Source of the DNA: Phoronis australis
Taxonomy: Eukaryota; Animalia; Phoronida
Direction: 5' to 3'
DNA: 64,000 nt
NCBI GenBank assembly: GCA_002633005.1
Contig: NMRA01000501.1
Location: forward strand, 160,886-224,885
Within the stretch, counting starts at the first letter, position 1; the number at the start of each line of letters is the position of its first letter. This document shows positions 36,401 to 46,869 of the stretch, piece by piece. A program made the position numbers and the translations under genes. The notes below the pieces were generated by a model. The model made no database searches. It was not told where the DNA came from and worked only from the letters and a program-made list of their open reading frames with translations.

Positions 36401-39338
36401 ACGGACAAGCGCCCGTGTAGAGAGTGAAATTGAAAAAAAAGACACGTCTGTAGGGAACTTCCGTGAAAAACTTTCAATTTTTTAACAGTTTTGTTACAGA
36501 AATTCCACCGTTTTGAAGAGTCAAATTTCATAAAACAAAATCTTCCGTGGATATTTGTGGAAAATCAATAGAAATTTGAACATTCCCAATTATAGGGATT
36601 AAATCAATTCATCGGCAGTCTGCAAAGTTTGATTTTAGCAAAATTATCGCTTTGCCAGTTATTACTAAAGATCTTTATTTGGTTCGCTTTCCTGAAAATC
36701 GTGTGAGACTTTTTGCTGCGAATCTAGAAGAGTTTCGTGGTCACAATAGTCAGATTCCATTCCTAAATGGCTTTTACTGGCGCGTCTGGGTGTTATCAGT
36801 TATCACCCTACTATGCAAAAGTGGGATTAGGTGGCGCCAACTCTTCCGGGTATCGCTGTAACGCGACAAAAGTACCTAACCGATTCTAATAAGTGGCGAC
36901 AATGCTTAGGGACGTTTNAATAAATCATTCAACTTCTATGTAAAACCCTTAAAAATACACCGAGTTCTTATAAAAACGTGTTGTTTTATTTCGCTGTTAT
37001 GGATTTATTGGTATTTGGACACACCGTACCCTATAAAGTTCGGCAGGCCAAGTTACCAAGGTCCGTAACAGGAGTTTGGGGTCTGTTCGGAGATAAATTC
37101 GAAGTATTCTTCCGTGAAATGCAGACAGGAGAACCTAGATCTGTGCTGTTTAGACTTGTGATTTTTTTAGTTCTAAACACACAAAATGCTTGTTATCCCG
37201 GGCCAGTGGCTCGGAACCCGATCAGGCCCGTCGCGGCCGGACTGACTCGTAACGCCGGCCAGCGGCTCGGATCTCGATCAGGCCCGTCGCGACCGCCGGG
37301 ATTGGCACGAACATAAACCAGCTTGAGTTGGAAACTAAACCTCCAGTCACGAAAAGACTATAACAGTGAGCCAAAGAAATAATGTGCAAGTAATTATTTA
37401 TGTGAATTAGCCACGAAACTGAAAATCTACTTATTTTTCGGGGGCCGCATAGTCGGGTTCCCCTTCCACAGACCGTCAGGGCAAAGGTTGTACAGTAACA
37501 ATGATTTGTAATTCTAAATAAAGATCCCCCTAACATATGATCATAGCATATAAAATCGTGTAATTGTTTAACAACAGCTTTCTGTCAGCAAACACTGAAT
37601 TATCATGCGCTTACACGGCCTCGGTGCCCGGTCAATTACCTTTATTGCCGGCATCAAAAGCCGGTAACGCAGTGATTTATTCATTGCTGACTTCTCTCAA
37701 CATTTCCACTAACGAATACTGCAAAGGCATTACGATTTGTATCTAATGAGACAGACTTTGATTCAGTTTTATATAAGCATTGGTTAGGATGAGAATAATT
37801 CATTTTGAAACAGAACGCAGAATTATAAAGAGCTCATTCGACGAAGACTTCTCGGGTCGGATCGTTAGGTTTCACAGGCTATCAGTTCGAACCGGAATAC
37901 ACTAATCAAGAAATACTAGAGAGGCGACGTGAACATGCACAGGCAACGGAACGTGTGGATAGTTCTTTGGTAAGCCTGAATTCGTCAGAGAAATCACTGT
38001 CGACGAAATGCCGGCCACAGACACGGAGATGATTCACGGCTTCACACTTGCTATTAACAGTGTACCTGTCATTCTTCACTACCGCGAATCACTTCCTAAA
38101 CATTTCGGGCTCTCGAGGAAGTCGAAAAATGATATACACGCTTTCTTCGCAGCTTCATAGTTCGGACAAGCGGGAACGATGCACCGCAATATAGCGGCAT
38201 TCACTCTGCAGACGAACCACTGACGTCGCTGGGTCGTTTCTCACCTTCCTCACAGGTTAACGCAACACCTCTCGGCAAGGTGAGGTCGACTGTGTAAGAG
38301 GCGATGTGGATATCGACCGATTAAGACGGTAAAAAGACTAATTAAATCGGGTGGCATTCTCCTTTAAGCTATGTAGAAATCCACTTGTCTGTTTATATGT
38401 AAATCTGTCTATCCTTTTCTTTTTCCATAGCCATCCAGTTTACAGTTATTTCAAGTACGTCAGGTACAACACTTTATTTAAGTTGTAATCTATTCCAGGC
38501 AGAATACCCTCACGTGTGTTTGAAAATTCCACCTTATGTGACTTTGTTCATTTTCAAGCTGGTTACGTTTATTTGTTTATATTTCCAGAGGATCTGTCCG
38601 ACTCTTGGGGACTACAGAAAACAACTTGCATTGAATTATCAACGCAAAACTGTAAACTATTAGGTTGTTATAATTAAGCATGAATTGTTAGTGTTCTTAC
38701 ATCCCATAATAGTGGTCACATGGCGTGAAGTTTGAAGCATCCTCCGCGGTCGTCAAGTGGTCATAGGGTGAGTTTAATTAAACACAGTAACCATATGCAA
38801 ATGCCATCTATGCATACATGTAGGATATGCAAACGCAAAGGGTGTTATTTTACGGTTGCGTATTTTAATAAGTCGCTGAACATACTTCGTTTGCTCGTGG
38901 TGTCTTAGACACAAATATGCAACCTACTGACTGAGTTTGAAACTCTCATGGAAATTAAATCACATGTCACCTCACCCGTACCCAATTTTTATCTACATTA
39001 CCTATTTCCAAATTTATCCAATTCCAAGGAGTTTCACCGTTCAAGGCAACATTGTTTTCGTCGTCTCGCATGTGCAGATCGTTCAGTTCACAGTCTGACG
39101 TAGCCTCGTTATAGTTGACTGAGGAGCATCGCCCTGTCGTCTGATATTGCAGAATACATAAATGGACGCAATATGTTTCCTTCTCGGCTGTCACAACTTT
39201 TCCTTGCTCCATTGCGTTCGAAAGACGGGAATTTTGTGTGATTTTTGAAAATACAGCGGCCAAATCTCCACTGCCCTTAGTGTAATAAAAACCACTGGAG
39301 GTACATAATACAACAAATTGAATCCACTTTCGAAACAT
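30301..39338 (-). CDS. Gene 2 (complete, 409 aa): secreted PAN/apple + FN3 + Caspr/neurexin-IV-type fibrinogen-like domain protein
   Basis: Exons 39338-39002, 35636-35498, 34431-34268, 34085-33931, 31679-31409, 30464-30301. Phases 1,2,1,0,1 all join, giving a 1230-nt CDS with no TM segment. Confidence 0.9.
31409..31679 (-). CDS. Gene 2 exon: middle of Caspr-type domain
   Basis: SYDATMDQIALV..AAQCSQSLKRRC...YWFGRSNVQRNYW...GCWCNKLGTC. Confidence 0.9.
32004..32135. mobile_element. Small Harbinger-like MITE
   Basis: GGCCCAGTTGCATAAAA...TTTTATGCAACTTAGCCC inverted ends. Confidence 0.6.
33931..34085 (-). CDS. Gene 2 exon: start of fibrinogen-like domain
   Basis: PTSCSGYKNGGFLDSGNYVIDPDG...FTVYCDL...FHHD. 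Confidence 0.92.
34268..34431 (-). CDS. Gene 2 exon: FN3 C-terminal half
   Basis: ISNLQAGTNYVIRVTASN is the FN3 L.P.T.Y...V.A.N motif. Confidence 0.9.
35498..35636 (-). CDS. Gene 2 exon: FN3 N-terminal half (not in the ORF track)
   Basis: GPPIAPSLEVMAETGSTISFRWNASWNGGFNQTFRIEYKKETEDSF; phase 1 to phase 2, bridging its neighbours exactly. Confidence 0.9.
39002..39338 (-). CDS. Gene 2 first coding exon: signal peptide + PAN/apple domain
   Basis: MFRKWIQFVVLCTSSGFYYTKG, then YCVHLC...RCSSVNYNEATSDCELN (PAN C...C...C.S.NY......C.L). Confidence 0.88.
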
Positions 39339-40304
39339 TATGCTGCCTCGGTGATTCCCTGTGAGGTGAAATTATTCATACACTATCGTCAGAATTCTGA
39401 TGCTGAAATGAATTCTGTAATCACGCACCAGAAAAGTAGCCCCAAGTAATACCGCTGAGAAAATCAATTGGTATAGTACCAGATCGATATGTCGGCAAAT
39501 AAACCAGTCAATCGCCATCACTGGCCACACCTACAAAACAGTACGACTGATCGATGAAGACAAGAAGTTTTTTGATTGCTAGAGATTAGGAAATGTTTAT
39601 TTATTATTCTGACACCTTTGTGAAAGGTACCTGTGACGTCATTAGCATTCCGTTACTGGTTAAGCCGTATTTACTTGGGTTTTGACTGATTTATGTTAAT
39701 AATTCAAGATATGTTTTGCATTCTGTTGACATAACTACGAACCACTTGAGATTAAGCCCGTTGTGCTTACAGGGTATGCATCCGCACGATTTTATCCTGT
39801 TTGTTGTCATTGGATTAATCAATTGTTGCAAATGCGTATATCGACAATTGTCTAATTTTAGCACTACTGATTTATTCGTGATCCGAAAATGTATGTGGTT
39901 GGATCGACTGTGAGAAAAACAATTGATTTTAGTTAGTCCTGTGTAACATTTATGTCAAGGTTGTTTTCGATTTTCACCAGGCTCGTTATTACGCGCTGCG
40001 TCTGCATCTCATTTCCAAACCGGAAATTTTGAATGGTTCTAGAATGAGACGAATGACTGCCAGCTAAGCTGTAGTCCTCAAGTGAGCTATAGCAAAGCTC
40101 AAAGCTCGTTGCTGATTGCCTGCACACAGAGAGCAAATGCTCACTACCTATTCATAATGTGGAATCAGTCATTGGTTCCTAGGTTAGCAGTACACAACGT
40201 AACAGCACACGTGATTACAATGAGCCAGCGGGACCTTTGTTGCTGTCAAGTGGTGGAATAATTAATTCCCATTGGCTGCCGAAGGTAATGGGGAGAGCAC
40301 TTAC

Positions 40305-40330
40305 CTCGCCCATCTGTAGGTATCTACGCA
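40305..40330 (-). other. Putative 26-nt 5' UTR micro-exon of gene 2
   Basis: Acceptor TTTGTCTTTCTTTTCCTGCAG and donor GAG|GTAAGT. A matching acceptor lies at 39358, 20 nt upstream of the ATG. Confidence 0.55.
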
Positions 40331-41201
40331 CTGCAGGAAAAGAAAGACAAAATTTGTCTCACTGACATTTTGTGAGGCAAAATCCCGCCGGTCATTTTAT
40401 TGCAGATGTGAGCTAAGAGTTGAGCTAATTTGCATTGGAGGCGCGTAGCTCATCAAGGCGATGCTAGACCGATGCAACCCGCTTCTTGAGCCCGATACGG
40501 GCGTGGATGATATTGAAACTACTGTTACAAGCACTAAAAGAAAATGAAAATCAAAAAGCGTGTCCCACACCACCTTTAACTAATCTAATTAAACAAGGTT
40601 TTCCTCTTGAACTTCTGGTAACAGATAAAATGTTTTTTTCGTCATGTTTAAATTTTCAACCCATGGCAACTTCCAATTCTTTAGTTTACAGCATGCTTCC
40701 ACCAGTGTTGTGATTGTTCCATTTTCCACAATGTCTGCTCTGATGACAACACTAACAACCCAATCGTTAAGTAATGTGGAGCACGTACTCTTTCTGGCTA
40801 AAAGCAGTCTACTCGTGAAAACGAGCGTACACTGCACGGGCAATGGTTTTTATTAAGTCTTGTGAACACGAAGTAAATATTCTCAGGTTCAAATTTTAGT
40901 CATACATGTAAGTAAATTTACTCACGTTGTAAATGTTATCCTTGTAAGTCAGCTAACACGTCATCATAGGCGACTTTGGCGCATCTATTAGTAGCATTAC
41001 CAGCATCTGAAAGAGGCATGCAATGCCAAAACTCTTAAAAAATACCTTTTAAACAGACAGTGGCCAATCAATTTCTTGGGAATGCTAACGTGAGAATTGT
41101 TCGCGATGAATATTGCAAAAATTTCCAGAAAAAAATGTCAGATACACAATTTTTGAAACACAGCCGAAATACAAACTCTTTCACCCCAATAGTTTTAAAA
41201 T

Positions 41202-44200
41202 GAGGCTATTCGGAAAATTTACATTAACTAGGGAGCGCGCGTGTTCTAGTGGTGATAGATTAACAGCCTCGATTTCGCGAGCCCTTTAAATACATGTACA
41301 TGGTGAAATGGCTTGTAGGCGTGCCAACTGAATCTGCGATTGCGTGAAAAGGGTGATTCTATGAGAGAAAGTAAGCACGACCTTATACACAGGTAAGATT
41401 TGTGATTATTTTAACGATTATTCCATGTTTATTCTACTGATGCCTGTTAACTGAGATACTCGCCGATGTCGACTTCGCGGCAGTTGCCAGTCGGGTTAAT
41501 CTTTGTTGTGATGCGTGTCACGATACGTGACGTAGCATTCGGGATGTTTTCGTACATCAAAGCAGGGTTATTGTTTGGAATGATTTCTAACAGGTTTACC
41601 AATGACAATTAAATCAATGTATGCTGAATGTTTAACTCGATATTGGTTAGTGAGATTACAATCCAAGCCCAATGCCATTGCAAAGGGTAGCCTACGTAAA
41701 TATCCATTAGACTATTTGTTTACTCCCTATCCTATGTCTTCTGGAAATTTATTACACGTTGAAATGAAAATCTACCATTTCTGTTCTCACGTGACCTTTG
41801 GTTTTTAGGTTTGAGGGCTTGTATCGTGCAGAGGAGATATGCGTCGCTTCTGCATCGGCTCTGAATGGACAAAAATTGGTTTTAAGCAGTTGACTACAGC
41901 TAACCAACAAGATCTTCCCATCCAGTGTAGATCTGTTGTTAAAGCCTACTTTCTTCATCGGAGACATCGAACAAGCTTTGTTACTCCTTTCTGTTCCCAC
42001 AGCATTTCCACACACCATTAGTGCTGCATGGCACAATGCACATGTCAGTGGCCCTGGTGAAATGTAAATCGCAGTTCGAAGTTACCATAAGACAACGTGT
42101 TGTTTGTGTATGAAGAGGAACTATATCTGACTGCTACATAAGTCAGCCTTGTTGGTGAGGATGCCCTTTCATAGGCAATAAGTCATGTGTGGACAATAGC
42201 CTATTTCCTTTCCTGGAAGAAACATGCTGGATTAAAGCTAAAGAAGACGTAGTGACACTCTGGTCTAGTTCAGGGTCAGATTTTGGGCACAAAACGAGTC
42301 AAGTGATATGCTGTTGTGTTTACCTTCAAGGATCTAATTGAAGATGAATAAGGTTACCTGGAGGAAAGCCACGTTACGAAACTGGACCTTTTTTACAGGC
42401 GCTTCTATAGGCTATTGAAACTAGATCTCTGTGAAATGAAAACCAAAAGCATCTCTTATAAATACCTGTCCTTTCTGACTGAGTGACATTAACTTTTCCT
42501 TTCAGAAGAAAGGCTTTATACATGTACTAATGGTAAAAACTTTTTAATTTGGTACGCATTATGGGGAAATGACATTCAGTGACTGCATCGATTGTCTTAT
42601 TGTCAGTAGAAAGCCCCTTAATGTTACACTTTGATGGTCGAATAAATTTTTCATCAACAGGCAAGTTTGTCGCTAATTATTGAAACCACAATGTTTCCTC
42701 AGTTTTAAAGCCCCACACAGTACAGTTGTGCTTATTCTTTATAAAGCTGAAATGATTAGCAATTACGCTTGCGAAATTTCGTTTTCCTGTTGCCCTCTAG
42801 AAATGTGCAGTGATCAAAATGAAGTACCCGGTATTCCCTTTGTTTGCATTTGATTTGTTTGTGTGTAATTATTTTTAGAGCTTTCTTAAGAAGGCCTTTG
42901 AACAATTTTATGTTTTGTGTTAACTTGACCACAACAAAAGTTAGACATGCAAGAAAAGCATAAAAAGAAACAACATTGCAGTGGCGGATCTAGGATATCA
43001 CAAGGGGGGCCAACATATTGTCCGGCTGTAAGCATTTGCGCAAACTGAACCACGATTGTAGATGCGCATAGCACTGAATGGGGGGAGGTCGGGAGGGGGG
43101 CAAAGCCCCATCCCGCCCAGGAATTTTTTCTGTTTTTAACTCTAAAAATCAAGCATTTTCCTTGATTCCTAAAGTATTATCCAAGAAAAAAAGGCAAAAA
43201 AAAAAAAAAAAACGGAGAACGTGTCAAACAGTAAAAACTGCAAGTATCGAAGACTCGAACTCACGACCTGACGAATAGTGCGCGCTTGCCCTACCACTAC
43301 ACCACCACGATTTAACTACTAATCTCATACCAAGAGACCTACTTGTTTATGGCCCACAGCGTTTGCGCGCGAAACCTACTTCTTTTTGGTAAGCTTATTG
43401 CACGTTTTATATTTTTGTGCCATCGATTCTTAACAAATTTGTCGTATTTAAAATAGTCTTCAAATGCCAAAACGACCAAATCCGTTTTTCGTTTTGGCAA
43501 TAATGACGCGGTTGCTTTGGAAATCGTCTTAAGATAAGGTTAAGCAAAGAGAGTATTGCGAGTTTCTGAGTGATTTACTAAGGCTTCGATTAAAATTCAC
43601 ATCTTACCAGCAGCTTCTGTTTTTTCATCGTCATTCAGGTTCCATTTTGTAATTTTTTTCATTGCACAGTGGAGCAGACGACGGAAACGGAGTCGTAGTG
43701 CGCAGCGCCACTGCCGGTCGCCTGGGATATCGCGGAAGAGCCTATACTTAGCCATAGTTCCGTTACGAATGCGCCGTGTTCCGAATTTGACACTTGAAAT
43801 TGGATTTGAGCCCCCCCACCCCTCCCAACACTAAAACTGCACACTGCACACATTTAAATCTTTTCATCCGTACAATTTTAATTACCGGGGTTAATTAATA
43901 AACTCAACATTTCCCTACGCTCTTACTGTTTTATTTTTTGCGGCAGCCAAGGGGGGGGGGGGGGGCGGGCGCCCTGCCCCCCCTAAATCCGCCTATGCAT
44001 TGTTAAAAACAATTGTAATTCTCCCACGCAATGGAGTCCATAATCAGGCATACATGTATCAAGGGCTGAATTTCTGAATTATGTTCAATTCTCTCAGGTT
44101 AATGCTGAAGGATTGTTTTTCACTTTGTCCAAAGGTAAAATCGACGGTCAGGCGGCTGGTTTCAGTCGTTTTCGCTCACCTGTAACAGAATAGTCAGAGA

Positions 44201-45125
44201 AATATTAACCAATTATAAAAGAAAACACAAGACAGAACTACTTTAGTAAGGCAGAACATACTTAACGTTTCATCTTCATGTTTATATGTAGAAATTAATA
44301 ATCTTTGTACTCAAGTCTTATTTAAGTTCTGAATTAAACTATGTGAAACAGGCTAAAAGTGATTTAATAATGTGTATATTTCCCGACACCTAAAATGTGC
44401 TTATGACCTCAGTAAGTAAAATTCATTCTGGGTGTCAATTTTTATTCCAATGCAATGTTATGACGTTAACTGGATAGCTTGTTCATCTTAATTAATAAAC
44501 TAATCTGGTAGTCCTGGGGGTGGAGTCCGCTATAAAATAAGGAAACTCACTCGTCTAGAGAATTTTATTGGACATAGCATAGCTTTGAAGAGAAACTGCT
44601 GTGAAAAAGTCACCCTTGACTTCTGAGCGTCACGTACCACACACCTCTTATATTGGGCGCATTCCCACTCCTGGAGGACAATATGTGAATATGTGCTGCT
44701 AGCCTACCCGGCATCCGAGTCCTGGGTGAGTTTCCGAAAAGAAACACTTAGTTTCATTCAATAAACCCGTTATTCAGTGGGGTAACTGGTGGGGATAACA
44801 TCACCGAACGATGTCGATAGAAACGTGATTGCTAAAAACTTATCAAGTTACGTTATGTAGTCTCCCAAAATGGTTTCGGCATCCACACAGTTTTGACAGT
44901 TGGTTGACCCTTTTGACTGCAATGCTCCACGAATGTAGTAACCTTAGGTCTTTTGGTAATGTGTGACCACCTGTCGAAGACTTGCACCAGAGAAAATAGC
45001 AATAATAAGGTTTTGCGCGACGACGTATTTTGATAAGAATCCGTCTTTTTACCAGCTGTTTACATGCAGACAGCCACGCACTAGTACACCAGCGACACCG
45101 CGAGGAGAATTCTCCGAATAGCCCC
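41202..45125. mobile_element. ISL2EU-like (PIF/Harbinger-related) DNA transposon with decayed YqaJ exonuclease (+) and THAP (-) remnants
   Basis: TIR GAGGCTATTCGGA...TCCGAATAGCCCC. The + strand at 42229-42408 reads GLKLKKT**HSGLVQGQILG...VVFTFKDL...KLDLFY (YqaJ). The - strand at 44959-44903 reads LPKDLRLLHSWSIAVKR (THAP). Confidence 0.65.
42979..43997. mobile_element. MITE family A copy 2, nested in the ISL2EU-like element
   Basis: Same TIRs as copy 1; perfect 5-bp TSD CATTG. Confidence 0.9.
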
Positions 45126-45734
45126 CAATGAGATAAATATAACTAGAGTTGACATCACGTGGTTTTCGTTGTGCGAAGTGGTCCGCCATCTTGCTGATGG
45201 ACGATAGTGGGGCGTCGTGCCCGTGTATTGTGTAGCATTTAACTGCAGTTTTCAAAATAACCGGACACTTAGGACCAATTATGTAATTTTTGGCCTTTTG
45301 AGCTTTCAATGATGGAATTTGTTTGAATTCCTGGCCAAAATTTCTGAAAAGGAGTGGATGGTCGTTGATGATTTTTTAAATGAAAAAAAAATTTATTTGT
45401 ATTTTTCTTAGTTCGCATATAATCATACCTTCGAAGCCCTGTGCAACTGTGTTTTGAACTGAAAATATAATTAAAATAAAACAACATTGCAGGGGAGATT
45501 TAATAGCAGAAACAATTGTTCAGCTCATTTAGTCCCTATAAATATGTGTCAAGTTTTTAGTATTAACTTGCCAAAGTAAAAAACATGAAATGAGTTGAAC
45601 CCTGAAGTCGACATTAGCAAACCATGTTCTTCAGCAGTGGCCAGCTCGAATGGATTCATCAACAGGAAATGGACTTAGCTTGTTACTGTGTCTGTTATGT
45701 TACCTTAGTCCATTGTCTACAAGCTGTCAGATTA

Positions 45735-46488
45735 NNNNNNNNNNNNNNNNNNNNNNNNNNNNNNNNNNNNNNNNNNNNNNNNNNNNNNNNNNNNNNNNNN
45801 NNNNNNNNNNNNNNNNNNNNNNNNNNNNNNNNNNNNNNNNNNNNNNNNNNNNNNNNNNNNNNNNNNNNNNNNNNNNNNNNNNNNNNNNNNNNNNNNNNNN
45901 NNNNNNNNNNNNNNNNNNNNNNNNNNNNNNNNNNNNNNNNNNNNNNNNNNNNNNNNNNNNNNNNNNNNNNNNNNNNNNNNNNNNNNNNNNNNNNNNNNNN
46001 NNNNNNNNNNNNNNNNNNNNNNNNNNNNNNNNNNNNNNNNNNNNNNNNNNNNNNNNNNNNNNNNNNNNNNNNNNNNNNNNNNNNNNNNNNNNNNNNNNNN
46101 NNNNNNNNNNNNNNNNNNNNNNNNNNNNNNNNNNNNNNNNNNNNNNNNNNNNNNNNNNNNNNNNNNNNNNNNNNNNNNNNNNNNNNNNNNNNNNNNNNNN
46201 NNNNNNNNNNNNNNNNNNNNNNNNNNNNNNNNNNNNNNNNNNNNNNNNNNNNNNNNNNNNNNNNNNNNNNNNNNNNNNNNNNNNNNNNNNNNNNNNNNNN
46301 NNNNNNNNNNNNNNNNNNNNNNNNNNNNNNNNNNNNNNNNNNNNNNNNNNNNNNNNNNNNNNNNNNNNNNNNNNNNNNNNNNNNNNNNNNNNNNNNNNNN
46401 NNNNNNNNNNNNNNNNNNNNNNNNNNNNNNNNNNNNNNNNNNNNNNNNNNNNNNNNNNNNNNNNNNNNNNNNNNNNNNNNNNNNNNNN
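45735..46488. other. Assembly gap
   Basis: Run of N. Confidence 1.
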
Positions 46489-46533
46489 TTTATGAACTTT
46501 CCCTCAACCTTGAAAATAGTTGAACTGAAATTT

Positions 46534-46869
46534 CAGAGGCGCATCTAGGATATCATAAGGGGGCGGGCCCAACATTTTGTCTCCGCGGGAATCGCACAAA
46601 GCACAATTGCGTGGGCGCACCCAGCCTAAAATTGGGGAGCTCGGAAAAAAAGATGGGAAACCGATTGCGCCGGCGATCTGACACTTGCACACGCACATAA
46701 ACTAAAACTAAAGCTGCACACATTGTTAAATCTTGTTTCAACCGCATGTTAATTACTGGGGTTACTTAACGAACTCAATATTTCCTGACGCTCTTGATGT
46801 TCTATTTTTTTCGGCAGACAAGGGCAGGGAGGAGCGCGGCCCGGGCCCACCCCCCTAAATCCGCCAATG
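46534..46869. mobile_element. MITE family A short derivative
   Basis: CAGAGGCGCATCTAGG...CCTAAATCCGCCAATG; perfect 5-bp TSD AATTT. Confidence 0.85.
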
